Source: Acidimicrobiaceae bacterium (GTDB lineage: Bacteria > Actinomycetota > Acidimicrobiia > Acidimicrobiales > RAAP-2). Taken from it: a DNA stretch of 64,000 nt. Shown in pieces: positions 10,850-26,025 of this stretch. Under the pieces are notes generated by a model. It had not been told where the DNA came from. It saw only the letters and a list, made by a program, of their open reading frames with translations, and searched no databases. Position 1 is the first letter of the stretch. Every line of letters starts with the position of its first letter. Where the stretch lies: positions 244-64,243 of the forward strand of contig DAHUZM010000079.1 in assembly GCA_027306525.1 (NCBI GenBank), written 5' to 3'. A program made the translations under genes and the position numbers.

Positions 10850-12418
10850 TCAACCGTCGAGGTCGAGCATCCCGTCGGCCCCGAGCGTGCCGGTCCACCC
10901 GGGCGTCTCCGCGGCGATCAGGGCGGAGAGCTGGTCGGGATCGGTGACGTTCGCCCATGCCCGTCTGCCCGCCCCAACCCGGCAGGCAACGATGCCGCGC
11001 TCGGGTGACCCCTCCCGGTCATAGGTGACGGTGAACGTCTCAACCTCGCAGCGACCGGTGAATCCCGCCTCCGCGTGCCACGTCTCGAGCCCGTCGACCG
11101 CCGACTGCACGTTCGTGGACCGGAACCCCCCGGCAGGCGGCTCCGTCGAGTACAGCCCGACCGCGTGCTTGGTGGCGAACCAGCCGAGCCCTGTCGCCAG
11201 GCCGAGGCTCCCCGGGCGCTCGCGCAGCGCGTGTGCGACCGAGGCGATCCCGTGGCTCGTGTAGTTGTTGCCTGGCCCCCCGCCGAAGGTCAGCCCTCCG
11301 GTCTGGGTGAGCCTGCGCACATCGCCGTCGATGTTGATGCCGAGCTCGCGTGCCGCGATCTGCACGACGCAAGGGAAGCACGAATAGAGGTCGGCGATGG
11401 CGACGTCGTCGATGGTGATGCCCGCCGATCCGAGCGCAGCGGCACCCGCCAGCCTGATCGCGGGCGAGCGCGACAGCTCGGCGCGCTCGGAGAGGTACCA
11501 GTGGTCGTTCGCCTCTGCCGAGGAGACCGGGAAGATCCAACGGTCCCTGGGCACGCCGGCCGCCTCGGCGATCTCCGCAGAGCAGCACAAGAGCGCCGCG
11601 CCCTGGTCGACCTGGATGTTGGCCGTGCAGAGCTTGGGGTAGGGGAACCCGATCATCCGGTTCTTCGGGCCCGGCAGCACGATCTCGTCGGGCGACAGCG
11701 CGGTGCGTGACCAGGCGTGCGGATTGCTAGCGGCGACCTCGGAGAAGCGTGACCACAGCGACCCGATGCGGTCGCGGTGCTGGCTGAGCGTCCAACCCGA
11801 CGACATGCGAAGCGCGTTTTCGATCAGCGGGTAGACGTGCACCGGGAGCATCAGCCCCCGGGCCGCCTCGAGCTCGGTGGTGGGGGCCCGGTCGGTGCCA
11901 AAGGGCACGGCCGGCGGGGTCTCGGGATCTTGCTCGGTCCACGCCAGCCGGGCGCCGGTCCGCCGGGCGCTCGCACGCGCGTAGCCGCACTCGGCCCCGA
12001 CAACGAGGGCGGCATCCAGGCGACCCGCCGCGATGGCCGTGGCGGTGTCGGCCATCCAGGCCTGAGGGGTGTTCCCGCCGATCGCGCTGTGGAGGCTCTC
12101 CTTGGGCGACGCGCCGATCCGCTGCGCGACGAGCAGGCCGGGGTCCGGCACGCTCCACTGGAGCGAGCGCACGACGCGGATGCTCCCGATCGATGCGATG
12201 AGGCGCGACGCCGAGCCCCCCGTGTCCTCGATCGCGCCCAGCGCTGCGCTCGCCATGAGATCGAGCGGCTCGGGGGGCGCCTCGCCCCCGGATCGTGCCT
12301 GGGGCCGGATCGTCACCTGGCCTGCGCCTACCAGCACCGGGGTCCTCGGGTCGAGCGCCACGGCGTCGCAGCGTAGACCCCATCGGGGGGCTGCCGGGCT
12401 CCTGGGTACACTTCGCAC
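10850..12418 (-). CDS. thiolase-like (SCP-x/lipid-transfer-type) protein with an additional C-terminal OB-fold-like domain
   Basis: 522 aa. Thiolase-fold motifs (...[11 protein letters not shown]..., ...[17 protein letters not shown]...). The last about 110 aa ([35 protein letters not shown]) look like a DUF35-type OB fold. GTG 12418 or GTG 12361 as start. Confidence 0.7.
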   Translation of the reverse strand: MRSVPRSPAAPRWGLRCDAVALDPRTPVLVGAGQVTIRPQARSGGEAPPEPLDLMASAALGAIEDTGGSASRLIASIGSIRVVRSLQWSVPDPGLLVAQRIGASPKESLHSAIGGNTPQAWMADTATAIAAGRLDAALVVGAECGYARASARRTGARLAWTEQDPETPPAVPFGTDRAPTTELEAARGLMLPVHVYPLIENALRMSSGWTLSQHRDRIGSLWSRFSEVAASNPHAWSRTALSPDEIVLPGPKNRMIGFPYPKLCTANIQVDQGAALLCCSAEIAEAAGVPRDRWIFPVSSAEANDHWYLSERAELSRSPAIRLAGAAALGSAGITIDDVAIADLYSCFPCVVQIAARELGINIDGDVRRLTQTGGLTFGGGPGNNYTSHGIASVAHALRERPGSLGLATGLGWFATKHAVGLYSTEPPAGGFRSTNVQSAVDGLETWHAEAGFTGRCEVETFTVTYDREGSPERGIVACRVGAGRRAWANVTDPDQLSALIAAETPGWTGTLGADGMLDLDG

Positions 12419-12471
12419 ATGGGTCGACAGCGGACCAGCGTGACCTCGATCGCCCCCGGTCGGGCGGCCAG

Positions 12472-13773
12472 GTGAGCGCCGCCGGCTCGCCCTTTGGTGC
12501 CTGGTTGGACACGGACCTCGAGGTCGCGAGGCTGATCGTCGAGGAATTCGATCGGCAGACCTCCACGCTCCAGCTCATCGCCTCGGAGAACTTCACCTCC
12601 CCCGCGGTGCTGGCGGCGACCGGGTCGGTGCTCACCAACAAGTACTCGGAGGGCTACCCCGGAGCCCGCTACTACGGCGGCAACCGGGTGATCGACGAGG
12701 TGGAGGACCTGGCACGGGAGCGCGCCAAGGCGCTCTTCGGCGCCGAGCACGCCAATGTCCAGCCCCACTCGGGGGCGAGCGCGAACCTCGCTGCGTACCA
12801 GGCGCTGCTCGAGCCCGGCGACACGGTGCTTGCCATGCGCCTGGATCAGGGCGGGCACCTGACCCACGGCTCGCCGGCCTCCATCACCTCCAAGATCTGG
12901 CGCTTCGTCGGCTACGGGGTGACGCCGGCGAGCGACGACCCGGACGCACCGGGCGAAGTCATCGACTTCGACCAGGTGCGAGACCTCGCAAAATCCGAGC
13001 AGCCCAAGTTGATCGTCGCCGGGTCGACGGCGTATGCGAGGGTCATCGACCCCGAGCCGTTCCGCCAGATCGCCGACGAGGTGGGGGCGTGGCTCATGTT
13101 CGACGCGGCGCACCCCGCGGGGCTCATCGCCGGCGGTGCGCACCCGAGCCCGGTCGGATTCGCCGACGTCGTCACGTTCACGACCCACAAGACGCTGCGC
13201 GGACCGCGGTCGGGCGCGATCCTCACCTCGGTCGAGCTGGCAAAGAAGATCGACAGCGCCATCTTCCCCGGCCTCCAGGGTGGGCCCCTGGAGCACGTCA
13301 TCGCGGCCAAGGCGGTCGCGTTCGCCGAGGCGGCACGCCCGGAGTTCTCGAGCTACGCCGCCGCGGTCGTGGCCAACGCCAAGGCCTTCGCAGCGGCCCT
13401 GGGCGAGGAGGGACTGCGGCTCGTGTCGGGCGGCACGGACAACCACATGGTGCTCGTCGACCTGCGCTCATTCGACCCCGAGCTCACGGGGAAGGCCGCC
13501 CAAGAGGTGCTGGATCGATCGGGCATCACCTGCAACCGCAACACCATCCCCGACGATCCGCGATCGCCCTTTGTCACCTCCGGTCTGCGGCTCGGCACCG
13601 CCGCCGAGACGACGGCGGGGATGGGAGAGGCCGAGATGGTGCGGATCGCCGAGCTCATCGGGCGCACCCTTCGCGGCCGCGACGACCCAGATGCGCTGGC
13701 CGCCGTCCGCGCCGAGGTCGCAGCGCTCTGCGCCGCCTTCCCCCCCTATCCGGGCCTCGTCGGCTCGACGTAA
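12472..13773 (+). CDS. glyA: serine hydroxymethyltransferase
   Basis: [37 protein letters not shown] and the PLP-lysine region [15 protein letters not shown]. The ORF track start 12295 overlaps the divergent thiolase gene. GTG 12472 (or TTG 12505) fits the GlyA N-terminus. Confidence 0.95.
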   Translation: MSAAGSPFGAWLDTDLEVARLIVEEFDRQTSTLQLIASENFTSPAVLAATGSVLTNKYSEGYPGARYYGGNRVIDEVEDLARERAKALFGAEHANVQPHSGASANLAAYQALLEPGDTVLAMRLDQGGHLTHGSPASITSKIWRFVGYGVTPASDDPDAPGEVIDFDQVRDLAKSEQPKLIVAGSTAYARVIDPEPFRQIADEVGAWLMFDAAHPAGLIAGGAHPSPVGFADVVTFTTHKTLRGPRSGAILTSVELAKKIDSAIFPGLQGGPLEHVIAAKAVAFAEAARPEFSSYAAAVVANAKAFAAALGEEGLRLVSGGTDNHMVLVDLRSFDPELTGKAAQEVLDRSGITCNRNTIPDDPRSPFVTSGLRLGTAAETTAGMGEAEMVRIAELIGRTLRGRDDPDALAAVRAEVAALCAAFPPYPGLVGST

Positions 13774-13794
13774 GCGCCGAGAGGGGAGTCGGTC

Positions 13795-15099
13795 GTGCCG
13801 CCGCTCGCCTGGTACGGGATCATCCTCGGGATCGCCGCCGTGGTGACGGCGGTGTCCACGATCCCGGCCCGGCGCCTGTCCATGCGGGTCGGCTACGTGG
13901 CCGTGCCCGACGAGCGCAAGGTCCACGAGAAGACGACCCCCTATGGCGGGGGTGCCGCGATGCTGCTCGGATTCCTGATCGCGGTGACCGTCGCGGCCGT
14001 CGTCCCTCAGCTCCACGACGTCTTCGCCAACACCTCCGAGCCGCTCGGTGTGGTGCTCGCCTGTGCTGCGATCTTCGCGGTCGGCCTCATCGACGACGTT
14101 CGCGACATGTCGGCACCGGCGAAGATGGCCGGCCAGGTGCAGGCGGCGAGCATCTTGTACTTCCTCGGGGTCACGATGTACTGGGTCAAGATCCCCCTCG
14201 CCGGGCTGGTCGCCCTCACCCCCGGTGTGACCCCGTTGATCACGGCGCTGTGGGTGATCGCCCTCACCAACGCCATCAACCTCATCGACGGCCTCGACGG
14301 CCTCGCAGCCGGCATCGTGGCGATCGCCGGCGGGTCGCTCTCGGTCTACGGGCTGCGGCTCATGGAGCTCGGCGTGCTCCCGCTGTCGAACATCGGTCCG
14401 CTCATCGCTGCGATCGCCTGCGGGGTCTGCCTGGGCTTCTTGCCCTTCAATTTCCACCCGGCCAAGGTGTTCATGGGCGACGCCGGCGCGCTCTTGCTCG
14501 GGCTCATGATGTCCGCGTCGACCATGGTCATCGGGGGTCGGATCCTCGTGACGAGCGGGTCCACCTATTTCTTCTTCGCCCCCCTCTTCATCCCGGTGTT
14601 CATCTTGGGGGTCCCGCTGCTCGACGCGGCCTTCGCGTTCGTCAGGCGAACCGCCCGGGGCACCGGGTTCCACACGGCGGACAAGCAGCACATCCACCAT
14701 CGGCTGCTCAGCCTCGGGCACGGGCACCGGCGCAGCGTCCTCATCTTGTGGGCGTGGACCGCGGTCCTCTCGGGCTTCGTGCTCTTTCCCCTGTTCATCC
14801 CGCGGGTGAACGCCTTCATCCCCTTCGGGGCGGCGGCGCTCGGAGTCGGCCTCTACACGCTGTTCCACCCGGGGCTGCGCCGAAAGGAGCGCGACGAGCC
14901 GCCGGTCGTGGTCGCCTCCACGGGCGCCGCAGCGTCGGGGGGTCGGGGCGTGTCAGGGGCGGCCGAGGGCGACCGGGAGCCAGGAGAAGGCGCTCCCGGC
15001 CTCCTGCTCGGGGCCAGGGGCACCCGCCGAAGCGGCCGGGGCGCCAGGGGCGGGGCCCCCGGGCATGATGCCGTGCCTGACCGTTTTGCCGACGGGTGA
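13795..15099 (+). CDS. wecA: UDP-GlcNAc:undecaprenyl-phosphate GlcNAc-1-phosphate transferase (WecA/Rfe, MraY-like GT4 family) with low-complexity C-terminal tail
   Basis: Polytopic membrane protein with LIDDVRDM, NAINLIDGLDGLA and VFMGDAGALLLG motifs. Same position as rfe/wecA upstream of atp genes in mycobacteria. Confidence 0.85.
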   Translation: MPPLAWYGIILGIAAVVTAVSTIPARRLSMRVGYVAVPDERKVHEKTTPYGGGAAMLLGFLIAVTVAAVVPQLHDVFANTSEPLGVVLACAAIFAVGLIDDVRDMSAPAKMAGQVQAASILYFLGVTMYWVKIPLAGLVALTPGVTPLITALWVIALTNAINLIDGLDGLAAGIVAIAGGSLSVYGLRLMELGVLPLSNIGPLIAAIACGVCLGFLPFNFHPAKVFMGDAGALLLGLMMSASTMVIGGRILVTSGSTYFFFAPLFIPVFILGVPLLDAAFAFVRRTARGTGFHTADKQHIHHRLLSLGHGHRRSVLILWAWTAVLSGFVLFPLFIPRVNAFIPFGAAALGVGLYTLFHPGLRRKERDEPPVVVASTGAAASGGRGVSGAAEGDREPGEGAPGLLLGARGTRRSGRGARGGAPGHDAVPDRFADG

Positions 15100-15247
15100 G
15101 GCGAGGTGCGATGATGCCCCCCGTCGACCGCGTCGTCCGGGGCGCGCCGGGGGCGCGGCGGCCGAGCTGTTGGACCTGCGTGACGTCTGGATTGCCGGTT
15201 GATCGACTTCCCACACACATCGTCTGACGCGGCTGGGGACGGAGCCG

Positions 15248-15490
15248 ATGGGCGATCACCAGGAGGACCAGCGGGGGACGCCCGAACGGGGCGGTGCGCG
15301 CACGCCCACGCTCGGCGATCTGTTCTGGGTCGGCACCGCCTGTGCGATCAGCGTGGTTGCCGGGATGGGCATCGGGTACCTGGTCGATCAGGCGGCCGGC
15401 ACCACGCCGTGGCTGACCTTCGCGGGGCTCGCCTTCGGTATCGTTTCGGCGGTGCTGCTCGCCGTGCGCCAGTTCCGGCGATTCGTGTAG
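15248..15490 (+). CDS. AtpZ/AtpI-family small membrane protein
   Basis: 80 aa, two TM helices (VGTACAISVVAGMGIGYLVD...TPWLTFAGLAFGIVSAVLLAV), directly upstream of the atp operon. Confidence 0.7.
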   Translation: MGDHQEDQRGTPERGGARTPTLGDLFWVGTACAISVVAGMGIGYLVDQAAGTTPWLTFAGLAFGIVSAVLLAVRQFRRFV

Positions 15491-15525
15491 CGGCACCGGG
15501 CCGGGTGGAGGCCTGAGGAACCGTC

Positions 15526-16053
15526 GTGCTCTTCTCCCAGGTGTCGCTCCCCGATCTGACGAGGATCTCCAAGCGCGCCGTCTTTGGTTCACTGGCCGTG
15601 GGCATCGTCGGGCTCGTCCTGTGCGTGGTCCTCGGTGCCGCCATGGTCGGGCTCGGGCTCTGCATCGGCATCGCGCTCGGTGTGGCGAACTTCCGCATGG
15701 TCCAGGGCTCGGTCGCCCGGGCCGGGAACCGTCCGGGGCCAAAGCGCCGCCCGCTCGCCCTCAACACGGTGAGCCGCCTCGCCATCATCACCGCGATCGC
15801 GCTTGGCCTGCTCTTCGTCAGCTTCGACCTCGGCTTCGGATTGATGGCCGGCCTCGCGCTCTTCCAGTTCCTCCTTCTCTTCGCCGTGATCCGCTCGCTC
15901 ATCAAGAGCGGCGCGGCGGCCGGCGGGCTCGGTGGTGGGTCGCTGCTCTCGGGCATCGGCGGGATGTTCTCGGTCGACGGCCTGGAGGACGCGGGGGGCG
16001 ACCCGCAACCTGACAACGCGCTCGAGCCTCCCGAGGAACGGGGGGAAGGCTGA
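15526..16053 (+). CDS. ATP synthase protein I-like integral membrane protein
   Basis: 175 aa, 4 predicted TM segments. Its stop overlaps the atpB start by 1 nt. Assignment rests on position and topology only. Confidence 0.5.
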   Translation: MLFSQVSLPDLTRISKRAVFGSLAVGIVGLVLCVVLGAAMVGLGLCIGIALGVANFRMVQGSVARAGNRPGPKRRPLALNTVSRLAIITAIALGLLFVSFDLGFGLMAGLALFQFLLLFAVIRSLIKSGAAAGGLGGGSLLSGIGGMFSVDGLEDAGGDPQPDNALEPPEERGEG

Positions 16054-16823
16054 TGCCCGAGCTCTTCAACCTGGCCGCCAACATCACGGTCGGCGACCAC
16101 GTGGTGCGCAAGCTCTTCGGGTTGTCCATCAACGTCGACACCGTTTGGGCCACGGGCGCAGCATTGGTCGTGGTCGTGATCCTCGTCGCGATGCTGCGCC
16201 GCCAGCTCGTCCGGGAGCGCCCGGGCCGGCTCCAGGTGGCCTTCGAGCTCGGCGTCGACGCGGTGACGCGCCAGGTGCAGGGCTCGATCGGTCAGGCCGG
16301 CCAGGCGGTCATCCCCCTCGCCGTCGCGCTGTTCGTGTTCATCTTCGTCTGCAACACCTTCGAGCAGCTCGGCCTCGGAAGCCACTTCGAATGGCTGGCC
16401 GCCCCGACCGGTGACATCAACCTCCCGCTCGCGATGGCGCTGTTCGTCATCGTGCTGGTCCACATCGCGTCGATCAGGGCGAGGGGCATCGTCGGCTACG
16501 TCCGGCACTACGCGATGCAGCCGTTTCCGATCTTCCTCTTGCCGGCCAACCTGTTCATCAACATCGTCGAGGAGCTCGCGAAGCCCATCACCCTCGCCCT
16601 CCGGCTCTTCGGCAACCTGCTCTCGGGCACCCTCATGCTCTCGCTCATCGCCGCGCTCGGTGCCTGGAAGCTCTCAGGCGCGCCGGTGGGTGACGTCGTG
16701 ATCGTGATCATCAACCCGGTCTGGAAGCTCTTTGACCTGTTCATCGGGGCGATCCAAGCCTTCATCTTCGCCCTGCTCACGATCCTGTACTTCGACACGG
16801 CCATGTCGACCGAGGGCCACTGA
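16053..16823 (+). CDS. atpB: F0F1 ATP synthase subunit a
   Basis: Conserved [12 protein letters not shown] (essential Arg) and the C-terminal helices [12 protein letters not shown]. Confidence 0.95.
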   Translation: MPELFNLAANITVGDHVVRKLFGLSINVDTVWATGAALVVVVILVAMLRRQLVRERPGRLQVAFELGVDAVTRQVQGSIGQAGQAVIPLAVALFVFIFVCNTFEQLGLGSHFEWLAAPTGDINLPLAMALFVIVLVHIASIRARGIVGYVRHYAMQPFPIFLLPANLFINIVEELAKPITLALRLFGNLLSGTLMLSLIAALGAWKLSGAPVGDVVIVIINPVWKLFDLFIGAIQAFIFALLTILYFDTAMSTEGH

Positions 16824-16864
16824 GGCGATCTCACCCTTCTCAATCACACAAAGGAGACCAGCAA

Positions 16865-17128
16865 ATGGCACACGACACGACCCAGCAGGCGATCCAGCTG
16901 GCTGGCGCGATGGTCGGTGGCGGACTCGCCCTCGGTGGGGGTGCCGTCGGCGCCGCCATCGGTGACGGTCTGGCCGGGAGCCAGACCATCGCCGGCGTCG
17001 CCCGCCAGCCCGAGGCCCAGGGCCGACTGTTCACGATCATGTTCTTGACGGTCGGTTTGGTGGAGGCCATGTACTTCATCAACCTCGCCTTCACGGCGCT
17101 GTTCATCTTCTCCCTCTACAAGAAGTAG
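16865..17128 (+). CDS. atpE: F0F1 ATP synthase subunit c
   Basis: 87 aa hairpin, [11 protein letters not shown] loop, carboxylate helix [23 protein letters not shown] upstream. Confidence 0.95.
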   Translation: MAHDTTQQAIQLAGAMVGGGLALGGGAVGAAIGDGLAGSQTIAGVARQPEAQGRLFTIMFLTVGLVEAMYFINLAFTALFIFSLYKK

Positions 17129-17204
17129 GGACGAGCGGACCACAGATGCAAAGAGCGCAGGCACCGGGCCCGTCGCGGCCCGATGACGGGAGCGGCAACC
17201 CAAG

Positions 17205-17729
17205 ATGATGGCAACGAGCAACTTCCTCGTGCCCAACGGCACGTTCATCGTCGAGCTGATCGGGTTCTTGATCGTGCTGGGCGTGGTGGCGCGCTACCTG
17301 CTGCCGCCGCTCAACCGGATGCTGCGGGCCCGCCAGGAGCAGATCCAGGCGGAGCTGGCGGCAGCCGACAAAGCGCGCGCCGAGGCGTCGGCAGCCGAAG
17401 ACGAGCGGCGCCAGGCGCTCGACGAGGCGCGCCGTCGGGCCCGAGAGATCGTCGAGCAGGCGAACCGGACCGCCGACAAGACACGCTCGGACGCGGTCAC
17501 CCAGGGCCAAGAGGAGCACGACCGGATCATCGCCAACGCCGACTTCGAGGTGGCACAGGCCCGCCAACGGGCGCTCGATGAGGCGACGACCGAGGTGGGC
17601 CAGCTGGTGATGGAGGCGGTCGAGCGGGTGATCGGGCGGGCGATGGACTCCGACGCGCACCGCCAGCTGGTCAACGAGGCCATCGCGGCGGTCCAATCCG
17701 AGGGCGCAGGGGACGGTCGGGGCGCGTGA
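17205..17729 (+). CDS. atpF: F0F1 ATP synthase subunit b
   Basis: N-terminal TM helix followed by a long charged coiled coil (A/E/R-rich). Operon position. Confidence 0.9.
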   Translation: MMATSNFLVPNGTFIVELIGFLIVLGVVARYLLPPLNRMLRARQEQIQAELAAADKARAEASAAEDERRQALDEARRRAREIVEQANRTADKTRSDAVTQGQEEHDRIIANADFEVAQARQRALDEATTEVGQLVMEAVERVIGRAMDSDAHRQLVNEAIAAVQSEGAGDGRGA

Positions 17730-18636
17730 ACCCCGCGGTCGAGGGCTACAGCACCGCCGTGTTCGAATCGGTCGGCCAGCAGGGCGCGGGCGCGCTCTCC
17801 TCTGACCTCGCGGCCGTGGAGCACCTCGTCGAGCACCAGGGTGAACTGCGAGCCGCACTGAGCGACACGGCCGTGCCGCCGACCTCGCGCCGCGCCATCC
17901 TCTCGGAGCTCTTGGAGCACCGGGTCGGCGAGCCGGCACGTCAGCTGGCGGCCTTCACTGCCTCGGCCGTCAGCGCCCCCGACGTGCTGACCGCCCTGGC
18001 GTGGGTCACCCGGCGGGCGGGTGGTCGCCAGATGGAGCTGGCTCCGCTCGGCCACCTCGCGGCGCGCGAGCGGATCGGCGGCTATGCGAGCGCCATCTTC
18101 GAGACCGCCGAGACGGGGCTCTTGGAGGAGGTCGAGGACCAGCTGTTCCGCTTCGCGAGGATCGTCGAGTCCAACCCGGAGCTGCGCGGTGTCCTGAGCG
18201 ACCGTGACGTTCCCGTCGACGCTCGCCTCGCCATCGCGCAGGCGCTGCTCGAGGGCAAGGTGGAGGCCGCTACGCTGCGGCTCGTCCGCTTCGTGATCAC
18301 GGGCGGCCGGGCGCGGGACTTTCTCGGCGCCCTCGACTGGCTCGTCGAGCGGACGGCGACGGCTCGGGGTTGGAGGGTGGCCCGGGTCCGTTCGGCCGAG
18401 CCGATTCCAGACGCCCAGGGTGAGCTGTTGTCGGCGGCGCTCACGCACATGACCGGGAGCCCAGTCGAGCTCCAGGTGACCATCGATCCGGAGCTGATCG
18501 GAGGGGCGGTCGTGGAAATCGGCGACCTCCACGTGGACGCAAGCGCTCGAGGCCGACTCGACCGCCTGCGAGAGGAACTTCTCCCGGTGGGCTCCGGACG
18601 CGGCGCCGACCGGCAAGACCGAGCAAGGGGAGCACA

Positions 18637-18640
<4 letters not shown>
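17726..18640 (+). CDS. atpH: F0F1 ATP synthase subunit delta (OSCP) with internally duplicated N-terminal domain
   Basis: 304 aa, versus about 180 typical. Residues about 5-98 and 117-210 align to each other (GYSTAVFE../GYASAIFE.., [32 protein letters not shown]). C-terminal OSCP region [19 protein letters not shown] overlap with atpF, ATGA overlap with atpA. Confidence 0.9.
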
Positions 18641-20160
<1,520 letters not shown>

Positions 20161-20201
20161 GCGGCCGCAAAGGGCGGACGCCGCCCGGAGGGGACTGAGC
20201 C

Positions 20202-22571
<2,370 letters not shown>

Positions 22572-22572
<1 letters not shown>

Positions 22573-23048
22573 TGGCCGACGGATTCGACCTGCAGGTGGT
22601 CACCCCCGACCGGCTTCTCGTCGACACGAGCGCGCAGGCGCTCGTGCTGCGGACGACCGAGGGTGACATGACAGTCCTCGACGGTCACACCTCGCTCGTG
22701 GCCGCCCTCGTGCCGTGGGTCGTGCGGGTGGACCCGGTGGACGGTGAGCCGGTGCGTCTGGCCGTCCATGGGGGGTTCTTGCAGGTCGACACCGGCCCCC
22801 AAGAAGACGCAGAACCCCCCGGTTCGCTGGCCACCCGGGTGACGCTCTTGAGCTCCATCGCCGAGCTCGCTGAGGAGATCGATGTCGACCGGGCCCGCCG
22901 AGCGAAACAGGATGCCGAGGAGCGCGTCGGCCAGGGGCGAACCGCGCCCGGCGGCGAGGGAGCCGAGGTCGAGGAGTCCGAGGCGCGGGCCGCAGCGGAC
23001 CTCGCGCGTGCCGAGCTGCGCCTCGCAGCGGCCGAAGCGCAGAGCTGA
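22572..23048 (+). CDS. atpC: F0F1 ATP synthase subunit epsilon
   Basis: 158 aa, beta-sandwich N-domain (LQVVTPDRLL...) plus helical C-domain. 1-nt overlap with the atpD stop. Confidence 0.9.
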
Positions 23049-23122
23049 GCGAGCCGAGAGGCCGATCCGAAGCGTCAGCCGAGCCGCCTCCCAGACCGGC
23101 GAGGGGCAATAGCCTCGTCGCG

Positions 23123-23743
23123 ATGGATCCGCAGCGGCTGTCCGTGCGTGCGATGCGCCTCGAGGAGGTCGACTACCGGATCGACTACTTCCACGGGTCC
23201 TCGGACGAACACCTGCGCATGCTGGGGGTCGACCGTGCGTTGCTGCCGGACCCCTCGAGCTGGAGGCGGATGTGCGAGGTCGACTACGCACGCCCGCTCT
23301 CGGAGCGGGAATCCTTCTTCGTCCTCTGGGAGCTCGACCGCCGCCGCGTCGGTTTCAGCTCCCTCGACCGGATCGCCTTCGGAGCCGAGGCCTTCATGCA
23401 CCTCCATGTGGTCGAGCCGTCACTGCGCCACCTCGGCATCGGCAGCGAGCTCGTAGGGCGATCGGCCGCCTTGTACCTCGATCTCTTCGAGCTCGAGGTG
23501 CTCTTCTGCGAGCCCAACGCCCTCAACGTTGCGCCGAACCGGACGCTGCAGCGAGCCGGGTTCACGTACCTCTTCAGCCACGAGACCACGCCCGGGGCGA
23601 TCAACTTCCCTCAGGTGACCACCCGCTGGAAGCTCACGCGGGCCTCCTTGTCGGCGCTCTCGCGCGACGAGGCCGGAGCGGCCCAAACCTCGGCGCCCCG
23701 ATCGGCGGGGCTGGCTCGGCTTAGGAGAAGGGGATGGAGCTGA
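23123..23743 (+). CDS. GNAT-family N-acetyltransferase
   Basis: 206 aa. Acetyl-CoA binding-like segment ([17 protein letters not shown]) and [19 protein letters not shown], typical of Acetyltransf_3-like GNATs. Confidence 0.6.
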   Translation: MDPQRLSVRAMRLEEVDYRIDYFHGSSDEHLRMLGVDRALLPDPSSWRRMCEVDYARPLSERESFFVLWELDRRRVGFSSLDRIAFGAEAFMHLHVVEPSLRHLGIGSELVGRSAALYLDLFELEVLFCEPNALNVAPNRTLQRAGFTYLFSHETTPGAINFPQVTTRWKLTRASLSALSRDEAGAAQTSAPRSAGLARLRRRGWS

Positions 23744-24734
23744 ACTCGGCGAGCTTGTGCAGGGGGTGGATGGCGTCGATCCTGCGGATCGTCCCCGAGC
23801 GCGAGCGCATCACCAACGAGTCCGTGGAGGCACCGCCGCCCTCCAGGTAGCGGACCCCCCGCAACAGGTCGCCATCGGTGATGCCGGTCGCTGCGAAGAA
23901 GCAATTATTGCCTCCTACCAGGTCGTTTGTCGACAACACCTTGTCGAGGTCATAGCCGGCGTCGATGGCAGCCCGCCGCTCTTCGTCGTTGCGCGGCCAC
24001 AACCGGCCCTGGATCTCGCCCCCCATGCACTTGAGCGCCGCCGCCGCAAGGACGCCCTCGGGCGTCCCCCCGATGCCGAGGAGCACGTCGGCACCGGTGG
24101 TGTCCGAGCGTCCGGTGGCGATGGCGCCGGCGACATCCCCGTCGGTGATGAGGCGGATGCGGGCGCCCGTCGCCCGGACCTCGGCGATGAGCTCGATGTG
24201 GCGGGGTCGGTCGAGGATCACCGCGGTCAGATCGCGCACCGGTCGCCCGAGCGCGCTCGCGAGCGAGCGCAGATTCTCGGTCGTCGACCTGGTGATGTCG
24301 ATGGAGCCCGCGCCGCGGGGCCCGACCGCGATCTTCTCCATGTAAAAGCATGGTCCCGGATCGAACATCGTCCCGCGCTCTGAGACCGCGATCACCGAGA
24401 GCGCACCGCCTCTGCCGAGCGAGGCGAGCGTCGTGCCGTCGATGGGGTCGACCGCGACATCGGTCATGGGCGGCGATCCGTCCCCGATGCGCTCGCCGTT
24501 GTAGAGCATCGGAGCATGGTCCTTCTCGCCCTCGCCGATGATGACGGTGCCGTCCATGGAGATGGTCGAGAGGACGACGCGCATCGCGTTGACCGCAGCG
24601 TCGTCGGCGCCCTCCTTGTCGCCCAGGCCCATCCACCGGCTGGCCGCCATCGCGGCGGCTTCGGTCACCCGGGCGAGCTCGAGGGCCAGGTTGCGGTCAG
24701 GCGCCTCAGGCTGTCTCACCACGGCCTCGACCAT
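23721..24734 (-). CDS. glpX: class II fructose-1,6-bisphosphatase (GlpX)
   Basis: [35 protein letters not shown]...[18 protein letters not shown]...[10 protein letters not shown]. The ORF track start 24962 is too far upstream; ATG 24734 is chosen. Confidence 0.9.
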   Translation of the reverse strand: MVEAVVRQPEAPDRNLALELARVTEAAAMAASRWMGLGDKEGADDAAVNAMRVVLSTISMDGTVIIGEGEKDHAPMLYNGERIGDGSPPMTDVAVDPIDGTTLASLGRGGALSVIAVSERGTMFDPGPCFYMEKIAVGPRGAGSIDITRSTTENLRSLASALGRPVRDLTAVILDRPRHIELIAEVRATGARIRLITDGDVAGAIATGRSDTTGADVLLGIGGTPEGVLAAAALKCMGGEIQGRLWPRNDEERRAAIDAGYDLDKVLSTNDLVGGNNCFFAATGITDGDLLRGVRYLEGGGASTDSLVMRSRSGTIRRIDAIHPLHKLAEFSSIPFS

Positions 24735-24753
24735 AGTTGGCGATAATGGGGCC

Positions 24754-26025
24754 GTGGACCGGCTCGTCATCCGTCCGAACGGTCCCCTCGAGGGTGTGGC
24801 GAAGGCCGGCGGCGCGAAGAATTCGGCGCTCAAGCTGATGGCCGCGTGCCTGCTCGCCGAGGGGCGCCATGAGCTTCGCAACGTGCCGCACATCGTCGAC
24901 GTGCAGATCATGTCCGACATGTTGGGGGCGCTCGGGGTGCGCGTCGATCGCTCGAAAGACACCCTCTTCGTGGAGGTCCCGGCGGTGGACGGGCTCGCCC
25001 CCGAGGCCCCCTACGAGCTCGTCGACAAGATGCGCGCCTCGATCGTCGTGCTCGGGCCGCTGCTCGCACGCTGCGGCCACGCGAGGTTGTCGATGCCCGG
25101 CGGCGACGACTTCGGCTCGCGGCCGATCAACTTCCACGTGAACGGACTCGCCGACATGGGCACGCACTTCGCGACCAGTCACGGGTTCATCGAGGGGACG
25201 GTGGCGTCGAGCGCCGCCGGGCCGCGGCTCGTCGGCACGCGCATCGTCCTCGACTACCCGAGCCACACGACGACCGACAACCTCATGATGGCGGCGACCC
25301 TGGCCAAGGGCACCACGATCATCGAGAACGCGGCCCGCGAGCCCGAGGTCTGCGACCTCGCCGACTACCTGAACTCGATGGGCGCCTCCGTGAGCGGGGC
25401 CGGGACGTCGCGCCTCGAGATCAACGGCGTCGAACGCCTCGAGCCAGGCGTCCACACGGTGATCCCCGACAGGGTCGTGACCGGCACGCTCATCGCCGGG
25501 GCGTGCATCGCCGGTGGCGAGATCGTGGTCGAAGACGGGCGCTTCGACCACATGGAGATGTACCTCAACAAGCTCCGCGAGATGGGCGCCGAGGTGGACC
25601 AGCGCCCCGAGGGGCTCTGCGTCGTCGCCCGGCGCCGGCTCTCCTCGGTCGACGTGGCGACGCTCCCGTACCCGGGGGTGGCGACGGACTACAAGCCGCT
25701 CATCGTGACCATGCTGGCCATCGCCGATGGCGTGGCCATCGTGACCGAGAACCTCTTCGAGGGGCGTTTCCGCTACGTCGACGAGCTCCGCCGGATGGGT
25801 GCCGACATCCGGACCGAGGGCCACCATGCGATCGTCCGGGGTGTCCAGCGGCTCTCGGGGGCCCAGGTGCGCTCGCCGGATATCCGCGGCGGCGCCGCCC
25901 TCGTCCTCGCCGGGCTCGTGGCCGAGGGCGAGACCGTCGTGACCGGCGCCCACCACCTCGACCGTGGCTACGAGGACTTCCCGGCCACCCTGCGGTCGCT
26001 CGGCGCCGACGTGGAGCGTCGTTGA
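24754..26025 (+). CDS. murA: UDP-N-acetylglucosamine 1-carboxyvinyltransferase (MurA), Asp in place of the catalytic Cys
   Basis: [18 protein letters not shown]... and the active-site loop [18 protein letters not shown] 24754 is chosen; the ORF track start 24538 lies inside the divergent glpX. Confidence 0.95.
   Translation: MDRLVIRPNGPLEGVAKAGGAKNSALKLMAACLLAEGRHELRNVPHIVDVQIMSDMLGALGVRVDRSKDTLFVEVPAVDGLAPEAPYELVDKMRASIVVLGPLLARCGHARLSMPGGDDFGSRPINFHVNGLADMGTHFATSHGFIEGTVASSAAGPRLVGTRIVLDYPSHTTTDNLMMAATLAKGTTIIENAAREPEVCDLADYLNSMGASVSGAGTSRLEINGVERLEPGVHTVIPDRVVTGTLIAGACIAGGEIVVEDGRFDHMEMYLNKLREMGAEVDQRPEGLCVVARRRLSSVDVATLPYPGVATDYKPLIVTMLAIADGVAIVTENLFEGRFRYVDELRRMGADIRTEGHHAIVRGVQRLSGAQVRSPDIRGGAALVLAGLVAEGETVVTGAHHLDRGYEDFPATLRSLGADVERR

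Noticed and set aside
12419-12504. Possible ZTP (pfl) riboswitch upstream of glyA, a gene class often controlled by that riboswitch. The sequence contains GGGTCGACAGCGGACC and CGGGCGGCCAGGTGAGC, which superficially resemble the two conserved sub-domains.
   Set aside because: The near-invariant nucleotides as I remember them (GGGUCGUGACUGGCG ... CCGCCUGGGCA) are not matched. The space available between the divergent thiolase start and the glyA start is too short for a complete aptamer plus expression platform. It would need a covariance-model scan to revive.
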